Source: an uncultured Planctomycetota bacterium (GTDB taxonomy: Bacteria; Planctomycetota; Planctomycetia; Pirellulales; Thermoguttaceae). Taken from it: 61,496 bases of DNA. Location of the stretch: positions 1-61,496 of the forward strand of contig CACXSS010000030.1 of assembly GCA_902770245.1 (NCBI GenBank). Direction: 5' to 3'. Under the pieces are notes generated by a model, which was not told the DNA's origin, made no database searches, and worked only from the letters and a program-made list of their open reading frames with translations. This document shows, in pieces, positions 43,965 to 53,836 of the stretch; position 1 is the first letter of the stretch; every line of letters starts with the position of its first letter. Both the position numbers and the translations under genes were made by a program.

Positions 43965-46325
43965 TTATCCAACGTAGAGCTTTAAACGAGGGCTGTCTGA
44001 TATGCCTTCATCTTCTTCTGTATCAGGTTGTGTAACAGCGGCGGACGCTTCAGCGGCAATTAACGCAAATCGTCGGGCGGAATCCATGTTGTCGAAGCGC
44101 CCTTGAACCAGACGGCGAAGCGAGGACGCCTGGTCGTCCGGTTGCGAGTCGTCAGACGAGACTTTTGTTTCGTCTTTATAAGATTCATCTGCGTTGTTTC
44201 TCGTCTCGACGCTTGCCAGCAGTGCGTTGATTTGCTCTTGAGTGAATCGGCTTTCCCAGTCAGACAGAGCCTTGAGCGGGAAATAGTTTCGATAATAATG
44301 ATATCGCAGATAAAAGACCAGCGGAAATCCGGTTCCGGTGAATTCCGGTTCCGACCATTGCCCGTCCGAATTCTGACGGTCAATGAGATAACGGATTCCG
44401 TTTACAACTGATTCAGAGGCGCCTTCTCCGCTGGCGATAAGCCCCAGAAGCGCCCAGGCGGTTTGCGACGCCGTCGAATTTCCGGTTCCTTTGAGCAACG
44501 GGTTGCGATAGCTGTCGAGCGTCTCGCCCCAGCCGCCGTCTGAATGTTGATGGGCTTTGAGCCAGTTGACGCCTGCCGCGACCATCGGGTCTTTCGGGTC
44601 AACGCCGACCGCCGCCAAGCCGTTGAGCGCCTCGCCGGTTCCGTAAATGTAGTTCGCTCCCCAGCGACCAAACCAGGAACCGTCCGGCAGCTGTTCTTTA
44701 CGACAGAACTCCACTGCGCGGTCAATCTGAGTTGCGAGTTGCGAGTTGCGAGTTGCATCTTCCCGACATGAACAGCGATATCCTAACGCTCCCAACGCTT
44801 CCAGAATTCGCCCGGTGATGTCGGTCGTGCTGGGGTCAATCATGGCGTTGTGATCGGCAAACGGGACATGACAAAGGAACTGACGGTTGTTGTTTTTGTC
44901 GAACGACGCCCAGCCGCCGTCTTTGTTCTGCATTCCCATCAGCCACGTTACGCAGCGGTCAATAGCGGCTTGCAGATTTTCCGGCGACGTGAGATTGTCA
45001 GAATTGGCTTTGCCTTCGATGGCAGAGCCGGTTTGGGTTGCCGTTCTCAAAACGTCGCTCAATTCGTGTATTGCCATAATCGACATGGCGGAATCGTCGC
45101 AGTCAGGATAGAAATCGTTGTGGTATTCAAAAGCCCAGCCGCCCGGCGGCGTTTTCGGATTGACCTGCGCCCAGTCGCCTTTCCATGTATGCTGTCTGGG
45201 CAAGAGCCATTCCAACGCCTTGCGAACGGACTGAGAAGCCGGAGAATCCCCTTCGATTCTAATTCCGCCCGCCGCTAATGCGCGAAGCGTCAAAACGGTG
45301 TCCCAAACGGGAGATAAACACGGAACGCCGTGAGCGGACGGGTTCCCGTTGGCGTCAATCCCGTCGTCGACGATGAGTTTATGGAATTCGTTGAGAAAAT
45401 ACTGGACTTCCGGCGTGTCGTCGGCGTATCCTTGCGCTTTCATGGCGACCAGCCCCCAAATAATGGGCGGCTGAATTGCGCCGGGACCGTCGCTGTTTTT
45501 GCAATGTTCCAGCAGCCAATCGTTCATCTTCTTAATCGCCCGTTTGCGAATAAATCCTTTTCCAAACCAGCGCTGATATTTTTTCAAAAAGACGTCTGTT
45601 CCGCGGAAGAACCGCTCCCAGGAGAAGAACCCCGGAGCTTTTTGAATCTGCCCCGGTTTGACAACTTTCGGAGCAGACAGCGGGGGCCACTGTTCCGGCG
45701 CGTTGTGAAACAGTTCCCGAATTCCCTTTTCAATGGGCAGAGGTCGAACCGGACGCAAAGCCGAGACAATCGCCAGCGGCGCAATAATCGTTCTCGTCCA
45801 GGAACTGACGGCGTACATGTTAATCGGAAACCATTTAGGAAGAAGAATCAACTCCGGCGGCACGGCTGGGCATTGTTCATACGGAACCTGTCCCAGAATA
45901 GCCAGATAAAACCGGGTAAAGCTGTTGACGTTATCGGCGCCGCCCATTCTCATAACAGCTTCCCGCGCCCGCTGCATGTACGGCGCATTGAGCGGATGGC
46001 CTGTCAGCTTGAGCGCGAAATACGCTTTGACCGTGTTGGTAATCGAATCTTCTCCGCCGGTAAACATGGGCCATCCGCCGGTTTCAGATTGCGTCAAGAG
46101 GAGATGATTCGCCAGCTTCTTTGCCAGAGGGGAGTCTTCCTGCCCTAAAAACGTGAGAAGAATTACGGCTTCGCCTTCCAGCAGCGCGTCGCCTTCCAGC
46201 TCCGCTCTCCAATGTCCGTCTTCGTTTTGATGAGAAAAAAAGAAATCCTGACAGCGGCGAATCGCTTCATGCAGTTCCACCGCAGACGGCATGGCAACCG
46301 GTTTCAATTCGAATGTTTCGTTCAT
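43965..46325 (-). CDS. shc: Squalene-hopene cyclase with a ~110-aa acidic/Ser-rich C-terminal extension
   Basis: The ORF was trimmed to MNETFELKP. QW-type repeats are present (DGHWRAE, GGWPMF, DGGWASF, DGSWFGRWG, DGGWGE, DGQWSE), along with a DCDDSAM (DxDD-like) motif. A (GTTGCGA) array insertion is also present. Confidence 0.85.
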   Translation of the reverse strand: MNETFELKPVAMPSAVELHEAIRRCQDFFFSHQNEDGHWRAELEGDALLEGEAVILLTFLGQEDSPLAKKLANHLLLTQSETGGWPMFTGGEDSITNTVKAYFALKLTGHPLNAPYMQRAREAVMRMGGADNVNSFTRFYLAILGQVPYEQCPAVPPELILLPKWFPINMYAVSSWTRTIIAPLAIVSALRPVRPLPIEKGIRELFHNAPEQWPPLSAPKVVKPGQIQKAPGFFSWERFFRGTDVFLKKYQRWFGKGFIRKRAIKKMNDWLLEHCKNSDGPGAIQPPIIWGLVAMKAQGYADDTPEVQYFLNEFHKLIVDDGIDANGNPSAHGVPCLSPVWDTVLTLRALAAGGIRIEGDSPASQSVRKALEWLLPRQHTWKGDWAQVNPKTPPGGWAFEYHNDFYPDCDDSAMSIMAIHELSDVLRTATQTGSAIEGKANSDNLTSPENLQAAIDRCVTWLMGMQNKDGGWASFDKNNNRQFLCHVPFADHNAMIDPSTTDITGRILEALGALGYRCSCREDATRNSQLATQIDRAVEFCRKEQLPDGSWFGRWGANYIYGTGEALNGLAAVGVDPKDPMVAAGVNWLKAHQHSDGGWGETLDSYRNPLLKGTGNSTASQTAWALLGLIASGEGASESVVNGIRYLIDRQNSDGQWSEPEFTGTGFPLVFYLRYHYYRNYFPLKALSDWESRFTQEQINALLASVETRNNADESYKDETKVSSDDSQPDDQASSLRRLVQGRFDNMDSARRFALIAAEASAAVTQPDTEEDEGISDSPRLKLYVG
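44729..44757. repeat. (GAGTTGC) x4 heptamer array inside the shc CDS
   Basis: It is translated on the minus strand as ..[11 protein letters not shown].. Confidence 0.9.
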
Positions 46326-46720
46326 AGTATCAATCGACGTCAAAGGCTTTTTTAACGCCGGTTTCTCAGAATTCCGTTCTGATACGTATCCAGCCACAGC
46401 CGTTTGACAAATATATTAATCCGTACAATATTTTAAATCGATATAACCAGTTTATCTATTATGTCAATTCATACAACCCCTAATCAAGTATTTTGCTCTG
46501 AATTTTTGAAATTTTTCAAAGTCTCTATCGTTAAAACCACTCGTATTTTATCTATTTTAAAAAATTTGCTTGCTTCTATGTGTAATATTGACTATTTACG
46601 TAAAATTTCCTCTTGATAGATTACCCAAAATACTGTATTATAAGAATGAATTGTTTTTGTTTGAACAGCGTCCTGTTTCAGACGCATAATAAAACGAATA
46701 ATTATAAATTCTAATTTCCA

Positions 46721-48379
46721 ATGATTATACGAGTTCCTGTATTTTTCAAATTGATTATAACGCTGACGTTGTTCAGTTCTGTCGTATTGGGTCAGAACGG
46801 CTACGAATCGCCAGTTCTTGACGATGACGAAAGTTTTACCCAGGCGTTCCAGAAAAGAATTAACGAATCTGGAAACGCGGCGCAGCCTGTTCAGCAACCC
46901 CCTGTACAGCAAACCTTTCCTGCTCGACAGCCCGCTCCGGTACAAAATCGCGGAGGTCTTTTAGAAAGAGGAACGTCTGCCAATCAACGACCGGTCAACG
47001 AAAAAAACAATTCCAACCAACCCGCGACAACTCCTGTCGAAAACGAAAAAGCGGCTAAATCGTCATGGTGGCAATTCTGGAAAAAGAAAGAGAAAAATCC
47101 CGAACCTGAAACGTCGCCGTCAGAGCCTGCAGCTCCGCAGCAAACGCCCCCGCGTGCGCCGTCAAATGCTCCCCGATACGAGCAGCCTGCGCCGACTGCA
47201 TATCAAAACTCTGGATCTGGCAATACTGTTGTGAATACTCCCACGTCGCCAACGGCGCAGACGCATATTCAGACTGCAACCGGAACGGAAATGAAACCGA
47301 CGGCTCAGGCGGACATTCAAACGCCTCAATATGACTGGTCACAGTCGCATTATGACAGTATGCGCGCGGGAAATCTGCCAGGGCAGCAACCGTTCCTCGC
47401 TTACGACGGAGCCAAAATCGTAGCGAAAGTGGAGAACGCCGTTATTCTCGAAAGCGACGTTCAGGCTGGAGTTAAAAAACGAATCGCCAAAATGCAGCGA
47501 GAAGCCAAAAAGAACGGCGCCGCCCCACTGACAGAAAAGGATCTTCAACAGGAAATTCAGATGTGGCAGGTTCAGGTTCTTCAAGAACTGGTTCAGCATC
47601 ATGTCATGTTTACAAAAGCCTGCGCTTCTATTCCAAAAGAGGGTTTGGAAAATGCTAAAATCGCTATCGACAAAGCGTTTGACGACAAACAGCTTCCTGT
47701 TATAATCAAGGAATACGGCGTGGCATCGCAATGGGAACTGGAACAGGCTCTCAAGGCGGAAGGCTCCTGTATTGAAAACGAAAAGAAGAAATTCTTTGAA
47801 CAATCTATAGGATTTCAGTGGCTTCAAATGCAGGCTGAACCAGCTAAAGAGATTCGCCATGATCAAATCATGGATTATTATAAAGAACATATAGATCAGT
47901 ATACTATCACGCCCAAGGCGCGATGGGAAGAACTGGTCGTATTCAAGTACCAATTCGGTTCGCGCGAGGAAGCGTACAAGGCGATTCAGAAAATGGGTCA
48001 GGCGGTTGTCGCAGGAAAACCATTTGCGGAAGTTGCCAAACAGAGTTCTCAGGGAGCAACCGCTTCCGACGGCGGAAAACGAGACTGGGTTTCTCCCGGA
48101 GCGCTCAACAGCGAACCGCTCAACAAAGCGTTGTTTGAACAGCCCGTTGGCGATCTCAGCCCGCGAATCATCGAAGACGAGAACTGTTTTTATATCGTTC
48201 GCGTTTTGGAACGTCACGGGAAAAGAATGATTCCCTTTGAAGAGGCGCAAACCGAAATCCGTAAAAAACTGACGGAGGAGCAGGAAGAAGAAAACCGTAA
48301 AAAAGCGCTCCAAAAAGTGTTTAACGAAGCCAAAATTTCAATTATGGGCGTTGAACAACCCAATAAACCAACAGAATAG
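46721..48379 (+). CDS. Parvulin-type peptidyl-prolyl isomerase (SurA/PrsA-like) with a Pro/Gln-rich N-terminal region
   Basis: The rotamase domain reads ARWEELVVFKY...GKPFAEVAKQSSQGATASDGGKRDWVSPGAL...FYIVRVLER. Confidence 0.7.
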   Translation: MIIRVPVFFKLIITLTLFSSVVLGQNGYESPVLDDDESFTQAFQKRINESGNAAQPVQQPPVQQTFPARQPAPVQNRGGLLERGTSANQRPVNEKNNSNQPATTPVENEKAAKSSWWQFWKKKEKNPEPETSPSEPAAPQQTPPRAPSNAPRYEQPAPTAYQNSGSGNTVVNTPTSPTAQTHIQTATGTEMKPTAQADIQTPQYDWSQSHYDSMRAGNLPGQQPFLAYDGAKIVAKVENAVILESDVQAGVKKRIAKMQREAKKNGAAPLTEKDLQQEIQMWQVQVLQELVQHHVMFTKACASIPKEGLENAKIAIDKAFDDKQLPVIIKEYGVASQWELEQALKAEGSCIENEKKKFFEQSIGFQWLQMQAEPAKEIRHDQIMDYYKEHIDQYTITPKARWEELVVFKYQFGSREEAYKAIQKMGQAVVAGKPFAEVAKQSSQGATASDGGKRDWVSPGALNSEPLNKALFEQPVGDLSPRIIEDENCFYIVRVLERHGKRMIPFEEAQTEIRKKLTEEQEEENRKKALQKVFNEAKISIMGVEQPNKPTE

Positions 48380-48427
48380 TTTTAGTTTGGAATACGTAAT
48401 ACAGACCATCGATCACATATTTTTATC

Positions 48428-49618
48428 ATGAAACAAACATTCACCTGTTTTTTATGCTCGCTTATTGCGTGCGCTGCAATCATGACAAATCTTTCCACCG
48501 TTAAAGCTGAACAACGAGTTTTTTATATCGGGACGCAAGCGTCGCCGACCAGTTCGCCTGATATTGAAGTCAGTCGCGGCATTTATCGCGGAGTTTTTAA
48601 CGACCAGACCGGCGAGATTAAAATTCTCGGCTTGGCGGCTGAGGCGCGGAATCCGTCGTTTGTCGTCAAGCACCCAACGCTCAACTGCTACTATTCCGTT
48701 TCCGGACACGGCATCGACGGGCAGGGATCCGTCGACGCCTGGGAAAAACAAGACGATGGTTCGCTCAAAAAACTCAATTCCCAGCGATCCGGCGGGCAGG
48801 GACCGTGTCATTTGTCCGTTCACCCTAACGGTAAAGCTCTGTTTGTTGCGAACTATTCCGGCGGTCAGGCGGCAATGATTCAAATTCTGTCAGACGGCAG
48901 CTTGGGAGAGGTTCTGTCAGATCAACATGAAGGTTACGGCCCCAATACCGTTCGACAGGAAAGAGCGCACGCGCACTGGATGAACGTCGACCCGACGGGA
49001 AAACGCGTTTTATGCTGCGATTTGGGATGCGATAAAGTGTATTCCATGCTTCTGGACGACAACGATTTCGGCTGGATTCCGAATCCGAAGTTCCCCTTCG
49101 CTCAGGTTTCCAGCGGAGCGGGATGTCGTCACGCTATTTTTTCCTCCGACGGAACGTATCTGTTTGTTCTCAACGAGTTGTCGTCAACCATCGACGTCTT
49201 TCTGTACGATTCCCAAAGCGGATCCATGACAGTCGTTCAGTCCGATACGACTTTGCCGAAGGAATTCCGCGGAACGAACAAGGCGGCGGCGATTTGCTGT
49301 CTGAAAACGGAATATGGCGAATTCGTCTACTGTTCCAATCGCGGTGCGAATCTTCTGACGGTATTCAAAGTGAATCCTGGAGAAATCCGCGGCGACCGAG
49401 AGCAGTGCGGAACGGTTCTCGAAACCGTTCAGTATATTACCTCCGGAGGGAACGCGCCGCGTTTCGTCGGTATCGACCCCACTGGAAAATTCCTCCTGTC
49501 ATGCAATAAAAAGACTTGCAATATCGTCGTTTACGCCATCGACCAGAAAACCGGAACACTGACCCCGACCGGGTTTGAAGCCAACGTCGGCTGGCCGCTG
49601 TCGATTGCGTGGGAATAA
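48428..49618 (+). CDS. Secreted 7-bladed beta-propeller lactonase family protein (6-phosphogluconolactonase-like)
   Basis: A signal peptide is present. Matches are PSFVVKHP, GPCHLSVHPNGKALFVANYSGG and PRFVGIDPTGKFLLSCN. Confidence 0.7.
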   Translation: MKQTFTCFLCSLIACAAIMTNLSTVKAEQRVFYIGTQASPTSSPDIEVSRGIYRGVFNDQTGEIKILGLAAEARNPSFVVKHPTLNCYYSVSGHGIDGQGSVDAWEKQDDGSLKKLNSQRSGGQGPCHLSVHPNGKALFVANYSGGQAAMIQILSDGSLGEVLSDQHEGYGPNTVRQERAHAHWMNVDPTGKRVLCCDLGCDKVYSMLLDDNDFGWIPNPKFPFAQVSSGAGCRHAIFSSDGTYLFVLNELSSTIDVFLYDSQSGSMTVVQSDTTLPKEFRGTNKAAAICCLKTEYGEFVYCSNRGANLLTVFKVNPGEIRGDREQCGTVLETVQYITSGGNAPRFVGIDPTGKFLLSCNKKTCNIVVYAIDQKTGTLTPTGFEANVGWPLSIAWE

Positions 49619-49738
49619 GACTTGAATGACGACAAAAGAAAAACAAGCTGTTTTTGTTTTTTTTGTTAATAAATTATAAAATGGCGTATATAATATAAAG
49701 TATACTCAATATTATATCGTCATTTTTTATAAACCAAT

Positions 49739-50557
49739 ATGGAAAACAAAACGAATATTCCTTATACGACGCAATGGTACAACAACATCCGCAGCGCGAT
49801 TGGCGAATCAGCCTGCAAAACGCTGGGGCTGTTTGCTATCCCCGACGACTTTGAACTGTCGGTCGTCATTCCGGTTTATAATGAAGAAAAAACTTTGGAG
49901 ACGTTAGTCAGAGCTGTCGCCAGCGTTCCGATTCGCAAACAGATTATTCTGGTTGACGACTGCAGTAAAGACAATTCCCGATCTGTAATGCAGGAATTGG
50001 AACAGACGATTCCTGACGACTGGAACCGGGTAACGCTGGGTTATCATGACGTCAACAAGGGTAAAGGCGCCGCATTAAGAACGGGCTTCGCTCAGGCGGA
50101 AGGCGACGTTGTGATTATTCAAGACGCTGATCTGGAATACGATCCCAACGAATATCCGCGGCTGCTCAAGCCGATTTTGGACGGCAAGGCAGACGTTGTT
50201 TACGGAAGCCGTTTTTTAGGCGACCAGCCGCATCGCGTTCTCTATTACTGGCATTCCATGGGAAACAAGTTTTTAACGACTCTGTCGAACTGGTTTACCG
50301 ATCTCAACCTGACGGACATGGAAACCTGTTATAAGCTCTTTCGCAGAGAGTGCATTCAAGAAATTCTGCCGGAATTGCAGCAAAACCGTTTTGGATTCGA
50401 ACCTGAAGTAACAGCTCGTCTTGCCAGAAAGAAGTACCGCATTTACGAAATGAGCATCAGTTATTCCGGACGCACGTACGAGGAAGGGAAAAAAATCGGC
50501 TGGAAAGACGGTTTCCGCGCTCTGTATTGCATAGTTCGATACGGGTTGTTTAAGTAA
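49739..50557 (+). CDS. Family-2 glycosyltransferase (polyprenol-phosphate glycosyltransferase-like)
   Basis: Matches are [31 protein letters not shown] and [11 protein letters not shown]. Confidence 0.8.
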   Translation: MENKTNIPYTTQWYNNIRSAIGESACKTLGLFAIPDDFELSVVIPVYNEEKTLETLVRAVASVPIRKQIILVDDCSKDNSRSVMQELEQTIPDDWNRVTLGYHDVNKGKGAALRTGFAQAEGDVVIIQDADLEYDPNEYPRLLKPILDGKADVVYGSRFLGDQPHRVLYYWHSMGNKFLTTLSNWFTDLNLTDMETCYKLFRRECIQEILPELQQNRFGFEPEVTARLARKKYRIYEMSISYSGRTYEEGKKIGWKDGFRALYCIVRYGLFK

Positions 50558-50564
50558 CGTTCAG

Positions 50565-51888
50565 ATGAAATACGCGCTTTCGCTCCTGCTGGCATTCGGC
50601 TTGACGTTGTTCATTTGGATAGGGAGCGTCAACCGGGAATATCTGTCAGATTATAAACTCGCGCCGAATCCGGACGCCATAACCTATCTGGACTTGGGAC
50701 AAAACGTTTGGCTTCACGGCGAATATTCCAGACGTCCCGCGCCGCCGTATACTCCAGATTTCAAATGGACGCCAGTATTTCCCGTTTTGTCTGGCGGCGC
50801 TAATTGTTTATTTGGCGCCGTTGGGGTTTTTGCCCTGAATATTCTCTTGTCAGCGCTTTCGTGTTTGATCCTTTATCGCCTTGCTGAGTATTACGTCAAT
50901 GCAAAAGCGGGAACGATTGCATCTTGTTTGTTTGCGCTGGATACGCTGATCTGGTCGCTAAACTTTCAAGCGATGTCAGATATTGCTTTTGTAACATTTG
51001 TTTTAGTTGGTCTATATTTTACATTGCCAACGCTTTTTCCCAAAGACAAGACAGCGCCGCCCGCTTTCTGGCGATTGATTCCAGGCGGAATTGGATTGAG
51101 CGCTGCAATTCTGACGCGTCCAACAGGATTGTATTTGCCAATTGTTATCCTACTCTGTTACGCAATCAAAACGTTGTTCAGCAAAGCAAATTTGATTCGT
51201 TCTTCCGCTTATGCACTGATATTTTTCGTATGTTCGTATTCGCTTGCAGGATTATGGATGTTCCGAAATTATCAGACCTTTGGCATTTTTACGTTTTCCG
51301 GCAACGAGAATATTGTCATGGTGTACTATACCGGCGGCGGAGCGTGGCAGAGAATACGGTCTTCCCCCGGACGTTGTGTGTCAAAACGCTGACTCGTTCG
51401 GAAAAGACCCCGCCGAAATTGACCGGCAGCTCAAAGCGTGTAAACGCGAGGTTTTACTTAAATATCCAAGCTCATTGATAAAATCCGCGCTGATTGGCGT
51501 TCCGAAATCCCTTATTGCCCATGAAACGGGAATATTCGCCGCGCTAACAAAGCAGGAATGGCAAGGAACAAGCAAGCTGTTTTCCAACTCTCCAATTTTA
51601 ATAATAATCTTCATTTGGAGCGTTCTGTTCCAGTTACTTGTTATCTGCGGAGGTTTGATTGGAATAATCTGTTCCTGGATTAACAGCCGAGATTCACGTT
51701 GGGCAATTTTCTGCACTGCAGGAATAGCAGCGTATTTTATACTCACAATGGGCTTGTCCGGAGCGGACTGCTGCGCCCGTTACCGATTGCCGTTAATGCC
51801 GATTATTATCGTCTTTGCCGCGATTGCATTGACAGCGTTTTGGGAGAAATTCAAGTCTACATTTAATAAAACCAGAACAGAAGAATAG
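50565..51888 (+). pseudogene. GT39/ArnT-like polytopic membrane glycosyltransferase split by a frameshift near 51348-51357
   Basis: ORF 50565..51392 and ORF 51244..51888 are both multi-TM and collinear. The junction reads ..YYTGGGAWQ / REYGLPPDVV.. around cagagaatac. This could be a real frameshift or an assembly indel. Confidence 0.55.
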
Positions 51889-51889
51889 A

Positions 51890-53836
51890 TCAATTATCTT
51901 TTGCAGACGACGTCATTTCTTCAATCGCCTTTTCAATTCCGAAGGCGTCGAGTCCTTCTTCCGCCAACTGTTCGCAGCGCGTAGCGTGAGAAACGTAATG
52001 ATCTTCTACGCCCAGGCGTTTAACGCGGCAATTGAAAATCTCTTTGTCAGAAAGCGCTTCTAAAACGGCAGAGCCGAACCCGCCCTGACGGCAGCCGTCT
52101 TCGATCGTTAGCGTCCAGGGAGAATCCTGAATCCATTGGGCAATGCGTTCGTCGAGCGGTTTAATCCAGCGAGCGTTGACCAGCCCGATCTGTTTAGGGT
52201 TCCCGGACTGCGCCATTTTATTCTCGTAATTTGTAACAGCTTCGATCGCTTTTCCCAACACGCCGCCGCAGACGATAACCAAGCCGTCGAGTTTGTCGTC
52301 AGCGTTGTGATTGATAAACTCTGCAATGCCAGGCTGAATTGGAACGGGATTGCTCAACGGCACGTGCGACACACCGTCTTTGGGATAACGGATGGAAACG
52401 GGACCGTCGAAGCTAATTGCCCATGGAATCATCTCCTGAAGGTCTTCTGCGCATCCGGGAGCGCAAAGCGTCATGTTGGGCAGATGGCGAATGTACGCCA
52501 TGTCGAACGACCCGTGATGAGTGGGACCGTCCGCGCCGACCAAGCCGGCTCTATCCATCATCAAAACGACGGGAAGATTTTGCAAAGAAATCTCATGGAA
52601 AATCTGGTCGTACGCCCGCTGCATAAACGTCGAGTAAATGTCAACGACCGGGCGCAAGCCGGCTTTTGCCATTCCTGCCGCCATTGCAACGGCGTGAGAC
52701 TCACAAATGCCGACGTCAAAGAACCGATCGGGAAAATCTTCGCGAATCTTTTCCAGCCCGTTCCCTTGAGCCATCGCCGCGCAAATGACGCAGATGCGTT
52801 TGTCCAAAAGCATTTGCTGATACAACTGCGCCGCTGCAACGTTTGTATAAGAAACCTGCTGAGACTTCGTCAGCGTCATTTTACCGTTGTCGTCGTACAC
52901 GACTTTGGGCGGAGCGTGGAATCGCGCAGGGTCTTCTTCAGCCGGGTGGAACCCGTGTCCTTTTTGCGTAAATATGTGAAGCAGAACCGGCTGATCGTGC
53001 CGTTTCGCCTGATTGAGAGCGACTTGCAGGTCGCGAATGTCGTGTCCGTTGACAGGACCGATGTAATGAAATCCAAGTTCTTCAAACAGCGCGCCGCCGA
53101 CAAGCCCTTTTTTAACTGCGTTTTTCAAATTGTGCAGACCGCGATGAAGCGGCTTGCCGATAACCGGCAAATTTGTAACAGCGCTTTTGACTTTGTTCTT
53201 AACGCCCTTGTAGACGGAGTTGGTGCGAAGCCCGTCAAGATATCGACCCAAACCTCCAACTCGAGGGCAGATTGACATCTCGTTGTCGTTGAGAATGACG
53301 ATAATATTTTTGTTCAGACCGGAGGCGTTGTTGAGCGCTTCAAAGATAACGCCGCAGGCAGCCGCGCCGTCGCCGACGACGGCAACCGCTTTTCGTCCTT
53401 CTTCCGGACGCATCAGTTCGTCGCCCAGGAACAGACCCAGCGCGGTGGAGACGCTCACGCCGGCGTGCCCTGTCATGAACAGGTCGAAGGGGCTTTCTTC
53501 CGGGTTTGGGTATCCCATCAGCCCGCCTTTGGTGCGGATGCCGGACATCTTGTCAAAGCGCCCGGTTACCATTTTATGCGGATACGTTTGATGCCCGACG
53601 TCCCAAACGAGGCGGTCTTTGGTGAAGTCAAAAACCGTATGCAGAGCCAGCGTCAATTCGACGACGCCCATATTGGAAGCGAAATGAACGCTGCGGGTTT
53701 CTATAAGGCGACAAAGTTCGTCACGAATCTGCTGAGCCAGCGATTCCAGCTGAGCGATTGACAACCCCTTTAAATCTTCAGGCGATTTAATATCGGCAAG
53801 GCTAACATTCGGCAGGGAATTATTTTGACTTGTCAA
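51890..53836 (-). CDS. dxs: 1-deoxy-D-xylulose-5-phosphate synthase
   Basis: Matches are VHFASNMGVVELTLALH, WDVGHQTYPHK, GDGA..GV..EALN and the transketolase-like C-terminus. Confidence 0.9.
   Translation of the reverse strand: MTSQNNSLPNVSLADIKSPEDLKGLSIAQLESLAQQIRDELCRLIETRSVHFASNMGVVELTLALHTVFDFTKDRLVWDVGHQTYPHKMVTGRFDKMSGIRTKGGLMGYPNPEESPFDLFMTGHAGVSVSTALGLFLGDELMRPEEGRKAVAVVGDGAAACGVIFEALNNASGLNKNIIVILNDNEMSICPRVGGLGRYLDGLRTNSVYKGVKNKVKSAVTNLPVIGKPLHRGLHNLKNAVKKGLVGGALFEELGFHYIGPVNGHDIRDLQVALNQAKRHDQPVLLHIFTQKGHGFHPAEEDPARFHAPPKVVYDDNGKMTLTKSQQVSYTNVAAAQLYQQMLLDKRICVICAAMAQGNGLEKIREDFPDRFFDVGICESHAVAMAAGMAKAGLRPVVDIYSTFMQRAYDQIFHEISLQNLPVVLMMDRAGLVGADGPTHHGSFDMAYIRHLPNMTLCAPGCAEDLQEMIPWAISFDGPVSIRYPKDGVSHVPLSNPVPIQPGIAEFINHNADDKLDGLVIVCGGVLGKAIEAVTNYENKMAQSGNPKQIGLVNARWIKPLDERIAQWIQDSPWTLTIEDGCRQGGFGSAVLEALSDKEIFNCRVKRLGVEDHYVSHATRCEQLAEEGLDAFGIEKAIEEMTSSAKDN

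Noticed and set aside
50924-51478. Third-frame 184-aa ORF across the GT39-like frameshift region
   Set aside because: Its product is not membrane-like, unlike the two collinear multi-TM frames, so it is most likely spurious.
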